From the IMG/VR virus record IMGVR_UViG_3300042010_000129, positions 224,001 through 288,000 of that record: 64,000 bases of DNA. One strand, given 5' to 3'. The stretch is from a virus (lineage: Duplodnaviria; Caudoviricetes). Of this stretch, positions 8,510-18,678 are shown piece by piece. Made by a program: the position numbers and the translations under genes. The notes under the pieces were generated by a model that worked only from the letters and a program-made list of their open reading frames with translations, ran no database searches and was not told the origin of the DNA. The stretch's first letter is position 1. Every line of letters begins with the position of its first letter.

Positions 8510-8683
8510 TTATTTCAGTTCACAAACCAGCTGGCAATAGCGGGTGTGCGCTTGCTGCATGGTCGATCCGTAACGGGCGTAGTAGCCCAGCCAGCTATAC
8601 GCCATGAATTCGCCGCTGTTCAGGCAACGAATACGAACTTTATTTTTGCGAGCTTTGGTTTCGCGGTTATCGTGCGGCGCCAT
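8510..8683 (-). CDS. small hypothetical protein (57 aa, below the track cut-off)
   Basis: TAATG overlap with the upstream stop; MAPHDNRETKARKNKVRIRCLNSGEF...; ends just before the terminator. Confidence 0.6.
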   Translation of the reverse strand: MAPHDNRETKARKNKVRIRCLNSGEFMAYSWLGYYARYGSTMQQAHTRYCQLVCELK

Positions 8684-9027
8684 TATTCGATCCTTTCGAA
8701 GTCGTCAATCATGCCGTTAGGAACCGACAGGATTTCACCGTTCGGTCGATTGAAAATAACGTGTGTGCTGATCGAAACATTCACCACCAAAACATCGTCG
8801 GTCGTTACGTTGTCCCACCACTCGTTTTCTTTCACGCGCCATTTCGTACCGGCTTCGAAACCTTCCAGAAAAGGAGTCGTTTTCAGTTCCGTGATTTTCT
8901 CAGCAGACAGTGGGGCACTGGTTGCGGCAGAGGAAACTGAAGAGGACGCAGAACCCCACGTCAGCATTTCAATAACTTCACCGACCAGTTCCGCAGCGCC
9001 TTCAAACAAACCATCGAAATCGTCCAT
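8683..9027 (-). CDS. hypothetical protein (114 aa)
   Basis: GAGG RBS; possible SH3-like beta C-terminus. Confidence 0.7.
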   Translation of the reverse strand: MDDFDGLFEGAAELVGEVIEMLTWGSASSSVSSAATSAPLSAEKITELKTTPFLEGFEAGTKWRVKENEWWDNVTTDDVLVVNVSISTHVIFNRPNGEILSVPNGMIDDFERIE

Positions 9028-9033
9028 GGTGCC

Positions 9034-9777
9034 TCACAGCATTTTCGGAGAGACTGGAACCGACGCCTGATTCATGTATTTTCCTTTGCGATCCGCATAG
9101 GAAATTTCACACTCTTCGTCGGAGCCGAGGAACAGAATTTGTGCGCAGCCTTCGCCCGCATAAATCTTCGCAGGCAACGGCGTTGTGTTGGAAAATTCCA
9201 ACGTCAACGAACCTTTCCATTCAGGTTCCAGCGGCGTGACGTTTACGATGATGCCGCAACGGGCATACGTCGATTTGCCGAGGCAGATAACCAGCGTATC
9301 GCGGTCGATGTTGAATTGCTCAGGCGTGTTTGCCAGCGCGAAAGAATTCGGCGGAATGATGATCGCATCGCCGTCATCTACATGCTTGGATACGAAGTTC
9401 GCGTCGGTGAAGTTTTTCGGATCGACGACAGTGTTGTTGATGTTGGTGAAAATCTTGAATTCGTTACCGCAACGAATGTCGTAGCCGTAGGAACTCAGGC
9501 CGTAAGGAATGATGCTGCGAACCGAACGTTCACCGTCACCGTCGCCAATGGCCTTGTATTCGACAGACGAAATTTGTTTGTCAGAAAAAGGCGAAATCAT
9601 CGGAGTGTGTTCGATGAAACGTTTGCTGATCACACGCGAGCCGGTAGGAGGCAGGGCCAGCAAGTCGAAGGCACGGTGCGAACCAACCCACGCATAGAAT
9701 CCACCGTTAACCATATACGCTTCACGCGTCGGCTGGCACATCCGCTTGATCCAGCGATCCGACTTAATTCCCGACAT
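9034..9777 (-). CDS. dcd: dCTP deaminase
   Basis: [48 protein letters not shown] and YADRKGKY match proteobacterial Dcd; extra ~40-aa N-proximal insertion. Confidence 0.95.
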   Translation of the reverse strand: MSGIKSDRWIKRMCQPTREAYMVNGGFYAWVGSHRAFDLLALPPTGSRVISKRFIEHTPMISPFSDKQISSVEYKAIGDGDGERSVRSIIPYGLSSYGYDIRCGNEFKIFTNINNTVVDPKNFTDANFVSKHVDDGDAIIIPPNSFALANTPEQFNIDRDTLVICLGKSTYARCGIIVNVTPLEPEWKGSLTLEFSNTTPLPAKIYAGEGCAQILFLGSDEECEISYADRKGKYMNQASVPVSPKML

Positions 9778-9994
9778 TTTCTTTTTCCTCTACCTGCTCA
9801 GTTTTTGGCAACAGCGCTTTGATGTGGACGCGGCCACCGATGAAATGCCAATCGACACGGACGCCAAGCGTCTGAGAAAAAGCCTGACAGATATGTTCTG
9901 CCGTGTGCTTTGGAATGTCGAAAAAGCCGACGCTGACGCCATGATCATATACTTCCTGATTGCATGGCGGTAATTCGTTGGAAGTTTCGTGCAT
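9764..9994 (-). CDS. hypothetical protein (76 aa)
   Basis: GAGG RBS, coupled ORF. Confidence 0.65.
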   Translation of the reverse strand: MHETSNELPPCNQEVYDHGVSVGFFDIPKHTAEHICQAFSQTLGVRVDWHFIGGRVHIKALLPKTEQVEEKENVGN

Positions 9995-10001
9995 AACGAC
10001 C

Positions 10002-10343
10002 TCAGTTGGCAGTCACGGGATTGTTGATGTTTTGAATGGCGGCAAGAAATCTCTTCGTCACCAAACTGGAATACATTTTGTCAGAATCGAGTGCGCACGC
10101 GGTGCCTTGCAATTCAGTCAGGAGGTTGGTCAGCAATTGAACCGACTGCGCATTTTGAAGCGCAATCTGGTTTGCTGCATAGCGCTGTGCGTGTCGCGCC
10201 ACCATCTGAACCACGGCGTCACGCTGCAAATAATTCCCGGCGAATTGCCCGGAAAGAACCAGCGGAGTCATCGCGTTGCAAATATCGTCCAGCAAGGGAT
10301 CGAACGGGCCACCGCCCGGAATTCCCGGTTCACCTTTATTCAT
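10002..10343 (-). CDS. hypothetical protein (113 aa)
   Basis: Coupled ORF. Confidence 0.65.
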   Translation of the reverse strand: MNKGEPGIPGGGPFDPLLDDICNAMTPLVLSGQFAGNYLQRDAVVQMVARHAQRYAANQIALQNAQSVQLLTNLLTELQGTACALDSDKMYSSLVTKRFLAAIQNINNPVTAN

Positions 10344-10531
10344 TTCTCACCCGCTTTGCGCACGTGCATAATATCCAGTGCGTACAATGGTTCGATACCG
10401 ATAGCGCCATGCAAATAAACGCAGCTTACGCTATCGGCGTGTTCAAACTTTATGACCTGTATTCCTAGCTTATTTACAGTTTCTTCCACGTGGCTAGGTT
10501 GGTCGTGGTTGTCGATATAGACTTCGATCAT
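10340..10531 (-). CDS. hypothetical protein (63 aa)
   Basis: TAATG coupling to the hub gene. Confidence 0.6.
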   Translation of the reverse strand: MIEVYIDNHDQPSHVEETVNKLGIQVIKFEHADSVSCVYLHGAIGIEPLYALDIMHVRKAGEK

Positions 10532-11805
10532 TAGGTGAAGTTTCGGCTGCTTGTGTTGACGCCGGAAGTCGATGCGCTTCCAGTCTTCTTGGGTGCTGAC
10601 GTGCCCGCCGGATTACCCGCTTCAGTGAGGAACGGACGATACAAATAAAACAGTTCTGCGTATTTCTTCCCGCCCTTCACCATGATCGTTTTACCGCCGA
10701 CGACATAACGCCCGGCGATATCGTTTGGTGTTGGTGCAGCAGGGCCTTTTGCACCCGCGCCCTGTTGGTAATCAATCGACTGAAACGTTTGAATTTCCGT
10801 TGCAGTATCCGACAGGGCAATCACGCTTTCGCTGAACATGGAAAGCAGCCGAACGTTTTGATAATAAGCGCGTTCGTATTTTTCGTGAATGTTGAAACCT
10901 TCGTCGGGGCCAGTGCCCGGATCGAGGCCGCTGTAGGTCACACGGGCGCCGCGTTCTTTTAACTCCGCTGCCACTTCCATATTCACCGGAACACCAGCAG
11001 CGCCGGGCGCCGTAATGTCCATGGATTCAATGGAGAATGTTCCGTTATCATCCGAACCGAAATCGTGCCCGAACAATTTGTGTCCGTAGTTGATGTAGTG
11101 AGAAAACAGACCGGAATAACTTCGGTCTTTTGCTGCACGAACGTCAACCGATTTACCGCTGGCACCGGCACCGTCTTTATTGTGAACCAATGTGTTTTTC
11201 GGTTCTTCTTTTAGGACTGCCATCAGGTCTTTATAAACCAATGTGCCGTCCATGCGCACAATGCGCGCCATGCAACTTTCATCGCTCATGTATCCGCGCA
11301 TCGCCACGTCTTCCGAAAACGACATGCGGGTCTGGCTCACGTTTAGCCAAACCTGTGTGTCTTTCGGTGCGCCGGTCGGGCCTTCAAAACGCAGACCGGA
11401 ACGTTCCGCAATTTGTTGCAGAACATTTGCAGTGTGTCCCTCGAAAGATTCCGTCATGGAACCTGCACCGAATTTCGGTGAATCGAGAATGCACGCGACG
11501 TGAATAACTTTACCGCTGGAGTTCCTTGGTCGGCCCCAACCGAATACGCGAAATTTCATTTCCGGCGCAGTGTCGGCGGTTTTTCCCAAGCGAATAGAAA
11601 TCGTGGTGCCTTCCTTGAGATTGAGGTCACGGCTCAAGGTTTCTTTTTCGTCGTACAGACTAAGTTTCATAGTCGGTAGACCCATACCGAAACCTTCCAT
11701 GATCCAGATATTTTCGATCATGTTCATGGAAGGGGGCATGGGGCTTCCCGCAATATCCAGCGTGCAAAACGCCATGCCTTCAATGTTTAGGGACGCTTGA
11801 GCCAT
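10531..11805 (-). CDS. baseplate hub/tail protein (gp27/GpD-like)
   Basis: Size, beta-rich N-terminus and position beside gp53-like and tape-measure-like genes. Family assignment is by inference. Confidence 0.55.
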   Translation of the reverse strand: MAQASLNIEGMAFCTLDIAGSPMPPSMNMIENIWIMEGFGMGLPTMKLSLYDEKETLSRDLNLKEGTTISIRLGKTADTAPEMKFRVFGWGRPRNSSGKVIHVACILDSPKFGAGSMTESFEGHTANVLQQIAERSGLRFEGPTGAPKDTQVWLNVSQTRMSFSEDVAMRGYMSDESCMARIVRMDGTLVYKDLMAVLKEEPKNTLVHNKDGAGASGKSVDVRAAKDRSYSGLFSHYINYGHKLFGHDFGSDDNGTFSIESMDITAPGAAGVPVNMEVAAELKERGARVTYSGLDPGTGPDEGFNIHEKYERAYYQNVRLLSMFSESVIALSDTATEIQTFQSIDYQQGAGAKGPAAPTPNDIAGRYVVGGKTIMVKGGKKYAELFYLYRPFLTEAGNPAGTSAPKKTGSASTSGVNTSSRNFT

Positions 11806-11823
11806 ATCCTTTTTCTCTTTTGT

Positions 11824-12153
11824 TTACAGGGTTACGACGACGCTGGAATTAGCGCCCGTTTTCGCCCGTTGCAGGCGCGTACTCATTTCGTTGATATCTG
11901 GAATTTTGATCTTCGTATTTTCTACGATTTCCCAAATGTCCATGTACCCGTTGTAAATCATGATCGCTTTCCACCACTTCGCATTCCGGTACACGTTGTA
12001 TGCGATCAGGGCAGGGTTGAATTGCTCTGTAGCATTTACAGTATATTGGCGATACGAAGTGGTGCCTTCGATTGCTTCGTAGGAGGGATCAAGCAGTGGG
12101 TCAACGCCGTATTCATCCACAATCACAAATTCACGCTGATCATAAACCGGCAT
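11824..12153 (-). CDS. baseplate wedge protein, T4 gp53/LysM-like
   Basis: PALIAYNVY...WWKAIMIYNG...I..NTKIKIP pattern. Confidence 0.7.
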   Translation of the reverse strand: MPVYDQREFVIVDEYGVDPLLDPSYEAIEGTTSYRQYTVNATEQFNPALIAYNVYRNAKWWKAIMIYNGYMDIWEIVENTKIKIPDINEMSTRLQRAKTGANSSVVVTL

Positions 12154-12165
12154 ACGTCACTTCCT

Positions 12166-12882
12166 TTAAAGCATGGTGAAGAATTTATCGAGGTCTTCTT
12201 TCGTGGTTGTCCAGAAAGCTTCGAACTCAACGTTAACAGTTGCCGCAATCGGGTTGCCCGCTTGGTCAAACTGCGAATCGAAAGTCGTGTGTACGCTGTT
12301 GATAATACACGGCGTAAATTTCAGAAACCTTCCGACGCGCAAAGTGATTTCGTCACCGCCCAATTGCACACCACCCGAGAAGTCACCGGCCAGAAGCGCA
12401 GTGGTGTTTCCCACGTGCGGCCCCGGCGCAACCAAAGTACCCGCCGCACTTTCTGAAGGCGCGGCAAGTTGCGTCAGCTTTTTGATTTTATCAGTAACTT
12501 CGAAATAGGCACTGTCGTGTGCAACGATCACAAACGGAATCGAAATGGTCATCGCAGAACCCGACGACCAAACCGAACCCGAAAGATATTTCATAATCGA
12601 CGTTACGCCCGTGGACGCACGCAGCACGTCTTCTGCTGTACCTGCTGCGCCGCCCATGCCCGCTGAATCACCGGCAATCTGAGAAAGCGGTTTTGCAAAC
12701 GGACGGTCGTAAGTAGAAGCCAAGGAAAAGCCGAAGTTTTCAGGCAACGGCGTATCCAGTGTTAAGTAGCTCGCCCCTTCGCGGCGCACGTCCAGTTGAA
12801 TCGTGTAGATACTGGAAATTTCCGGTTTGGATCGTGAGCCGCTGGGGATTTTTGGGTTGTACGGATTTGCGATAATTCCCAT
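12166..12882 (-). CDS. baseplate/tail-tube initiator-like protein (gp48/gp54-like)
   Basis: C-terminal PCIINSVHTTFDSQFD.AGNPIAATVNVEF strand pattern; position in the tail module. Confidence 0.55.
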   Translation of the reverse strand: MGIIANPYNPKIPSGSRSKPEISSIYTIQLDVRREGASYLTLDTPLPENFGFSLASTYDRPFAKPLSQIAGDSAGMGGAAGTAEDVLRASTGVTSIMKYLSGSVWSSGSAMTISIPFVIVAHDSAYFEVTDKIKKLTQLAAPSESAAGTLVAPGPHVGNTTALLAGDFSGGVQLGGDEITLRVGRFLKFTPCIINSVHTTFDSQFDQAGNPIAATVNVEFEAFWTTTKEDLDKFFTML

Positions 12883-15800
12883 TTAAACCATTCCCATATT
12901 TACGAACAAAAGTCCGAAGTCATCCATCATCGCCGGAACGTCGTCGATTTGGGGCATTTCGTTTTTCGCACCACCGCTACTGCCGCCACCAGAACCACCA
13001 CCGCCCGCTGCTGCACCGGCACCGCCGTCAGCTTGCGGAACATCAGTGGAAGCAATCGAAACTTTTTGCACACCGTCAAAAGTATTTCTTTCAACAGATT
13101 CCGGTGCGGGAGTCGAGACTGCTTGTGCAGGTGCAGACATTGGCGAAATCGGAGTAGCACCCGCAGCTTTTGTAACTACTGGCGCATCGTTGTTGTAATA
13201 CGTTGGACTCGCTGGCGACATTGCTGCCACTGGCGCATTCAACGAAGAAACACCGATTTGATCCGTGGAAGTTACGGCAGGCCCGGTGTATGTAACTTTT
13301 TGTCCGCCCATTACTTTCGGACGTTCCGAATACGGTACGGTTTCCGCAGGAGGTTCATCACCACCGAAGAAACTACCGATTTTATCGGCTGCACCATTCA
13401 CAAGTTTTCCGAAACTCGGCAGGCCCGAAGACAAGCGCGGAATTTGCGGCAAACCCGGAATACGCGAAAGCTCACGCAGACCCGGAACCTTGTTGAAAAC
13501 ACCTTGTACTTTCGAATCAACGCCGCGCAATGCACCGTCAACGCCGGGCGCCATAGAACCGAAAGAACCGAGGCCATAAACGCTACCGATTTTCGTAATG
13601 GCTCCAGTTACCGCACGACCGGTTTGTGTTTGCGAAACAGGGCGCGCACGTTGGGAATATCCGGGGGAACCCGGCGAACCCATTGTTTGACCCATTTGCC
13701 CGTGCTGCTGCGACCACGTTGGTTTTCCGTTTGCACCAACAGCAGGTTTCCCCGTTGCAGCTGTGCCCGGCACCGTTACTGGCGTGCCGTTCATCACGTT
13801 AACGGATGGCGGAATTGCTTCCGTTTTTATTTGGTGCGTTTCTGGATTTGTACCGCCCTCAGTAACTGGCGTATCACCCATAACGTTAACGGATGGTGGA
13901 ATTGCTTCCGTTTTTATTTCGTGCGTTTCCGGCCCTTCCTCTTTTTCGTCTACCTCTTCCTCTTCTTCCTCTTCCTCGATTAAATCTTTGCTACCGGCCA
14001 CACCAGATTTAGCAACCGTGCCGCCACCAGCTTCGTCGGCGCCAGATGTTGTGGCTTTTCCACTAGCGGGTGTCGCACCTTTCGTGTTTTCTTCAGCGGA
14101 ATTTGTCGCTACAGCAGCCGCTGCTTTATCCATTTCCTGCGCAGCGCCTTGCATCAATTGTGGTGCAACACCAGCAGCTTTCGTTTCTGGTGTACCGCCA
14201 CCTTTACCGGCGCCGATCATTTCAACGTGCCAAGGCTCGTTGGAAAGTGGACGATGGAAACCGTATTTCTTGAACAGGCCTTTGCCTTCCATTGCCGAAG
14301 CAGAATTGCGATCAATGTCGATTGCAAAACCAGATTCGTGTCGCGACGTACCGGGACGTGCAACGCGTTTGGTATTGCGACCGTATTTAATCCACAATTG
14401 TTCCTGTTCTGCACGGGTACGGAAAGCCGACGCAACTTTAACCTGCGTGCCGCCCTGATTCTGAACCCAATCGCCAACCATGGTAAAAAATGCTTGCTTG
14501 AATTTGCTATTCAAACCGGACATGTTTACCGAGTTGTCATTCGGGATCGTATTCTTTTGGCCGAGTGCATAAAGCGCACCGTCACCGGGACTAAGTTCTG
14601 CCGCAGCAGTACCGCCGCCCGCTTCGTCGCCTGCACCAGTTGTTGCGCCACCACCGCCAGAAGTCGGAGCCATAACGCCGACAGTGCCATTCGACGCAGC
14701 GCCTGTGCCAGCGGCGCCCGATGGTTGACCACCGTAAGCACCGATCATTTTCTGCGAATATTGCGCACCAATTCCGGAACCATCTTTTGCAGCAGAACCC
14801 GGCCCGGCTTTTTCTTCGTTGAGCATTCCCAACAGCGCAGCTTTTTCAGTACCCGCACGTTTGTAAACGGCTTCCTGCGTTGCTTTGTCGCTGGAACGGA
14901 AACGAGTCGAAACCGTGTTGGCCCGTGTTTCTTGGATATAGTCGATCAGTGTTGCATCGTCCATTTCCGCGATATCACGGTTGCCGAATGCATCGCCCAA
15001 AACAGATTTACCGGTAGAAACACCGTACTGAACCGACACGGAATAAAGCGCTTCTTTCAAAGCACGCGAACGCTTATCCAGATCGACGCCGTATTGTTTG
15101 GTGAACCACTGCGCCAGCGGATCGTAGTGCGATTTGGTTGTGAATTTTTGTTGCGCTTTGTCGAAGTTTTCACCATCACGGCCAGCGACTTCTTTGTACT
15201 TCGCGTCGAACTCTTTCGAGCCGGGCGCCAGTCCTCGGAAATCATTGTAATATTGCTGACCTTCCTCAGAACGTAGGAACGCGGTCATGGTGCCAGCTTT
15301 CGAACTCAGCTGGTGTTTACCGTAGGAAACGCCGCCGTTATCACCCTTACCGCTGGAAACGGTGCCGACGCCTTTTCCGCCAGATTCAAACGCAGCACTA
15401 ACCGAACCGAAATCTTGATGGCGTGCTTTTTCGCCAATCATTTTTCCTTGTGCGGCGCGTCCGTCTTGGCGTGCAAAATTATCGCTTGGCGAATTGCCTT
15501 GATCGGGACGGAATTTATCTTGCAGCCAATCGTTACCCGACTGCCAGCCTTTGCGCATTGTACCCGCTTCGCTTTTTTCAAACGTTGCGTTGTCGTACAT
15601 TGCATCCATGGCTTTGCCGCCATAGTACGCAGTTGCCAGCGCCAGAATTGGCCCAAGCGCAGCAGCACCCATACCAGCAGCACGGCCACCGAAACCACCG
15701 AGGCCACCGGGCATTCCTGCACCGCCGCCCATACCCGGAACGCCACCGCCAATGCGTTGCAATTTCGGGCCGTTGCGTTTGAAGCGACCGAGTTTATCGC

Positions 15801-16401
15801 GTTCCTGTTTCGACGCACGTTCGCGCTGCTGATCACGACGCTTTTCACGGATATCATCCATGATTGTGCGACGGCGTTCCTGTGCAGCCAATTGTTTGTC
15901 ATTTACGCGGCTGAATTCGCCTTCGTAAGTGTTGCCCTGAATTTTCGGCTCAGGTTTGGTCGCTTGCTTCTGCATGAATTCAGAAAGGCGCGTGATTACA
16001 TCCGACACGTCTTGAAGGGCGCCCAACTGATCCTGCATCAAACCGGATTGCTGTTGCAGCAAATTCGATTGTTTATTCGACGCCATTACCTGCGTGCGGA
16101 TAACTTGCGTTTGTCCGTCGATGGCGTCGGCGTTCGAACGATCCTGCGATTGATTTGGTTGCGTGCGAACCGCAGGAACATTCGATTTATTTTGCTGATT
16201 TTGTTTCTGATCAGCGCGACCGGTGCGTGCGTAGGAATGGCGTTTCTGCCCCGACAATTTCACGTCATCATCTTGCGCAACGTGAGAGTGCTGCATCAGT
16301 CGCGGTTTGGTTTCAGTCCGACGCTTTGGCCCAACTTCGCGTTCGTTCTTTTCTGTCGCGTGTTTATCGACAATTTCGTTTAATTGGTCTAGAGCAGCCA
16401 T
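12883..16401 (-). CDS. tape-measure/hub-like tail protein with muramidase and M15 peptidase domains (1172 aa)
   Basis: SAAFESG...GGVSYGKHQL (VgrG3-C-like lysozyme fold, ~14825-15420) and SAFRT...ARPGTSRHESGFAIDI...EPWHVE (M15/VanY-type Zn peptidase, ~14220-14530). Confidence 0.8.
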   Translation of the reverse strand: MAALDQLNEIVDKHATEKNEREVGPKRRTETKPRLMQHSHVAQDDDVKLSGQKRHSYARTGRADQKQNQQNKSNVPAVRTQPNQSQDRSNADAIDGQTQVIRTQVMASNKQSNLLQQQSGLMQDQLGALQDVSDVITRLSEFMQKQATKPEPKIQGNTYEGEFSRVNDKQLAAQERRRTIMDDIREKRRDQQRERASKQERDKLGRFKRNGPKLQRIGGGVPGMGGGAGMPGGLGGFGGRAAGMGAAALGPILALATAYYGGKAMDAMYDNATFEKSEAGTMRKGWQSGNDWLQDKFRPDQGNSPSDNFARQDGRAAQGKMIGEKARHQDFGSVSAAFESGGKGVGTVSSGKGDNGGVSYGKHQLSSKAGTMTAFLRSEEGQQYYNDFRGLAPGSKEFDAKYKEVAGRDGENFDKAQQKFTTKSHYDPLAQWFTKQYGVDLDKRSRALKEALYSVSVQYGVSTGKSVLGDAFGNRDIAEMDDATLIDYIQETRANTVSTRFRSSDKATQEAVYKRAGTEKAALLGMLNEEKAGPGSAAKDGSGIGAQYSQKMIGAYGGQPSGAAGTGAASNGTVGVMAPTSGGGGATTGAGDEAGGGTAAAELSPGDGALYALGQKNTIPNDNSVNMSGLNSKFKQAFFTMVGDWVQNQGGTQVKVASAFRTRAEQEQLWIKYGRNTKRVARPGTSRHESGFAIDIDRNSASAMEGKGLFKKYGFHRPLSNEPWHVEMIGAGKGGGTPETKAAGVAPQLMQGAAQEMDKAAAAVATNSAEENTKGATPASGKATTSGADEAGGGTVAKSGVAGSKDLIEEEEEEEEVDEKEEGPETHEIKTEAIPPSVNVMGDTPVTEGGTNPETHQIKTEAIPPSVNVMNGTPVTVPGTAATGKPAVGANGKPTWSQQHGQMGQTMGSPGSPGYSQRARPVSQTQTGRAVTGAITKIGSVYGLGSFGSMAPGVDGALRGVDSKVQGVFNKVPGLRELSRIPGLPQIPRLSSGLPSFGKLVNGAADKIGSFFGGDEPPAETVPYSERPKVMGGQKVTYTGPAVTSTDQIGVSSLNAPVAAMSPASPTYYNNDAPVVTKAAGATPISPMSAPAQAVSTPAPESVERNTFDGVQKVSIASTDVPQADGGAGAAAGGGGSGGGSSGGAKNEMPQIDDVPAMMDDFGLLFVNMGMV
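13775..13932 (-). repeat. two-copy 87-nt (29-aa) tandem repeat
   Basis: PETH(E/Q)IKTEAIPPSVNVM(G/N)(D/G)TPVT occurs twice, copies starting at 13775 and 13862. Confidence 0.9.
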
Positions 16402-16407
16402 GCGGTT

Positions 16408-17376
16408 TTACCTTCTTCTGGTGCCCATCACAGGTTTACCACCGTTCTGTTGTGCTTTTGCTTTTTGTTCCGCTTCGCGCCGGTCAGCAGCCAAAGTGGA
16501 ATGGTGATAGAGGAACATACGCACCGGCATATTCATATCAGGCATAACCCCGAATTGTGACATGAGGTTGTAGCACATTACATAAACGTCTTTGTCGGAA
16601 TTATCCGCAAAGAAGCTCAGCATTGATGGACTCGATTCGTGGAACATTACGTGGTTGCATTGACCGCAACGCAGCCGCACTTTTTCCGTGACGCCGTGAA
16701 ACCATTTCGTTTTTACTTTCTCGATTTCTTGAAAGAGTTCCATGTCCGGCTGTGCCATCAGATAGGCCAGCTTTGCCCGGTATGTTTTACCCTGCTTGAC
16801 CCAACGCGCAATGTCGCCCACATATTTGTAATGCGGGAAATCTGAAACGTGTTCGTAGTAGTCGGTCAGGGTGCCCACGCGAGGCAAAGAAATCTTCGGA
16901 TGGACAAGACGGTTATTGTCATCGTCCAAAGTGTTCAGCTTGATTTCAGTTTGTGGAACAATTTCCGACTGCGTGAAGCCGCACGGTTGCAGCTTAAACC
17001 CCAACCGTTTTGCATCCTTGGCCGTCACGCCGAAACCGATATTGTTTTTGCTGTTCACGTACACCATGTTGTTGCAGGTGTATTGCGCACGAACAGGAAA
17101 ATCAGGGAAAGAACTTTTGCGCAGGCGGGCCATGATGTACATGAAATCGCCGTCTGTTAATTCGTTTACGTCGATGTTGCAGCACATTTGCACCGCACGA
17201 ATAATGTGCTGGTGGGGCCGCGTCTTCGCCGTCATACCAGTGTGCAGCAGCGGCAATTCTTTCAGGACAAATTGCCGCAAATAAATGCGATCAAAACTAT
17301 AGAAGTCATCCAGCGCGGGGTTGCCAGTCAGTAAGTCCCCGACTTCGATAGAGAGCGCGTCCAGATCGTCGCTCAT
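16408..17376 (-). CDS. baseplate hub/tail assembly chaperone (T4 gp26-like), copy 1
   Basis: LTDGDFMYIMARLRK.S, C-x-G-x-C Zn knuckle (CGQC); paralogous to the adjacent gene. Confidence 0.6.
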   Translation of the reverse strand: MSDDLDALSIEVGDLLTGNPALDDFYSFDRIYLRQFVLKELPLLHTGMTAKTRPHQHIIRAVQMCCNIDVNELTDGDFMYIMARLRKSSFPDFPVRAQYTCNNMVYVNSKNNIGFGVTAKDAKRLGFKLQPCGFTQSEIVPQTEIKLNTLDDDNNRLVHPKISLPRVGTLTDYYEHVSDFPHYKYVGDIARWVKQGKTYRAKLAYLMAQPDMELFQEIEKVKTKWFHGVTEKVRLRCGQCNHVMFHESSPSMLSFFADNSDKDVYVMCYNLMSQFGVMPDMNMPVRMFLYHHSTLAADRREAEQKAKAQQNGGKPVMGTRRR

Positions 17377-18158
17377 TACACGAAGAACGAATGTGCATCG
17401 ACCGTTACATCGAACGCGTGTTCACGTGCGCATTTCTTGCACTTTTTGTGAATGCGTTGCAGCACGCCGTGGTCAAACTGGAAATGTGCGCGGCTGGCTT
17501 TATCGAACAAATCCATGTCGATATTGTCGAGCGAGTTCAAACGTTCGTGCAGGGTTTTGCCTTCACGCAGATAACGCACGGGGCCAATCACTTTCTGATT
17601 GCGCACGTCGGCCCCCAGTTCCTTGTAGGCCACCAGATCGCGCACGCGTGGATAATCCAGCGCCGGATCGAGTTCGGATTCATCCATATATTTCAGGGTG
17701 AATTCTTCGAACGAAACGGTTTGGTTATTGTATTCGTCGCAGTCGTGTTCGATCCAGCTGATCTTGCTCGGATCTTCCATGTGCGCTTCGGCTTCCGTGC
17801 CACGCGCTTCGAAGTATTGCTCGGTCATGCTGTCGATTTCTTCCATCGTGTACAGCTTGCCGCTTTCGTCGCCTTCGCGAGTGAAAACAATACCGGTGCA
17901 TTCCCATTCACAAAAGATCGGGAGGTCACGCGAATAAAAACGCAGCCACGCCAAGATGTAATAAAAATCACCATCGGTCAGCTGGTTTACATCGAAGTCC
18001 ATAACCTGCCCAACAGCTTCGATCATCGGCTTATCGTTTTGGGTCAGAATCGCTTCGGAAAGAAACGGCAAATGACGTGGACGAAAAGGATTGACCTCAA
18101 TTGTTTTGACAGCGTAAGGAATCCCACGGGACGGCAGATTAGAACTATCGAATTTCAT
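17376..18158 (-). CDS. baseplate hub/tail assembly chaperone (T4 gp26-like), copy 2
   Basis: LPSRGIPY start, LTDGDFYYILAWLR, C-terminal CKKC. Confidence 0.65.
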   Translation of the reverse strand: MKFDSSNLPSRGIPYAVKTIEVNPFRPRHLPFLSEAILTQNDKPMIEAVGQVMDFDVNQLTDGDFYYILAWLRFYSRDLPIFCEWECTGIVFTREGDESGKLYTMEEIDSMTEQYFEARGTEAEAHMEDPSKISWIEHDCDEYNNQTVSFEEFTLKYMDESELDPALDYPRVRDLVAYKELGADVRNQKVIGPVRYLREGKTLHERLNSLDNIDMDLFDKASRAHFQFDHGVLQRIHKKCKKCAREHAFDVTVDAHSFFV

Positions 18159-18658
18159 TCGTATGTCACCCTATCAATTGCAAAGTTTTGTTGAATCTTG
18201 ATTGCTTGACCGCCGTTGTTCACTAAGCCGATGGGGCTTGTGGTGGTAGGCCAAACGTCTTCCAGCGTTACAGTCATGATCGGCGTGTCTGTCGTGCGCC
18301 CATCAGTCAGAGCAAATTTCATGTTGCGTTTGTAATTCCCCGGCAGGTAATAATAACCTTCCGTTGGATGCATTACACGATTGCGCCAGTCGTCCACGTA
18401 TTTAAAACTGCGCATCGAAACGTCTTCGTAAAAAGTAATGTCGAATGCACCCAATTCACGAAAGCCGGGATATTGCGCAAAACGACCAGCCATGAAAACG
18501 GGTTTCATGTTGATCGACGGAACTGGCAGCGTTACCGTTTCGACATACGACGGATCGAGGTCGAAAGGCAGTTCAACGCAGTACCAATAAAAATCCAGCA
18601 TCGGGCTTCTGTCGCCCGAACGTTTTTCTATAAATTCTTCGAGCGTAAGGATCGGCAT
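18155..18658 (-). CDS. tail tube-like protein (gp19 fold), copy 2
   Basis: Start re-assigned to 18658 (GGAG RBS); VTLP...YPG.....FDITFYED..W...V pattern of T4-type tube proteins. Confidence 0.65.
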   Translation of the reverse strand: MPILTLEEFIEKRSGDRSPMLDFYWYCVELPFDLDPSYVETVTLPVPSINMKPVFMAGRFAQYPGFRELGAFDITFYEDVSMRSFKYVDDWRNRVMHPTEGYYYLPGNYKRNMKFALTDGRTTDTPIMTVTLEDVWPTTTSPIGLVNNGGQAIKIQQNFAIDRVTYE

Positions 18659-18678
18659 TTTCAGACTCCACACAAGCG

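Noticed and set aside
17370-17380. Lambda G/GT-type tail-chaperone frameshift between the two gp26-like genes
   Set aside because: No slippery heptamer is present, and the downstream gene has its own ATG in a TAATG overlap.
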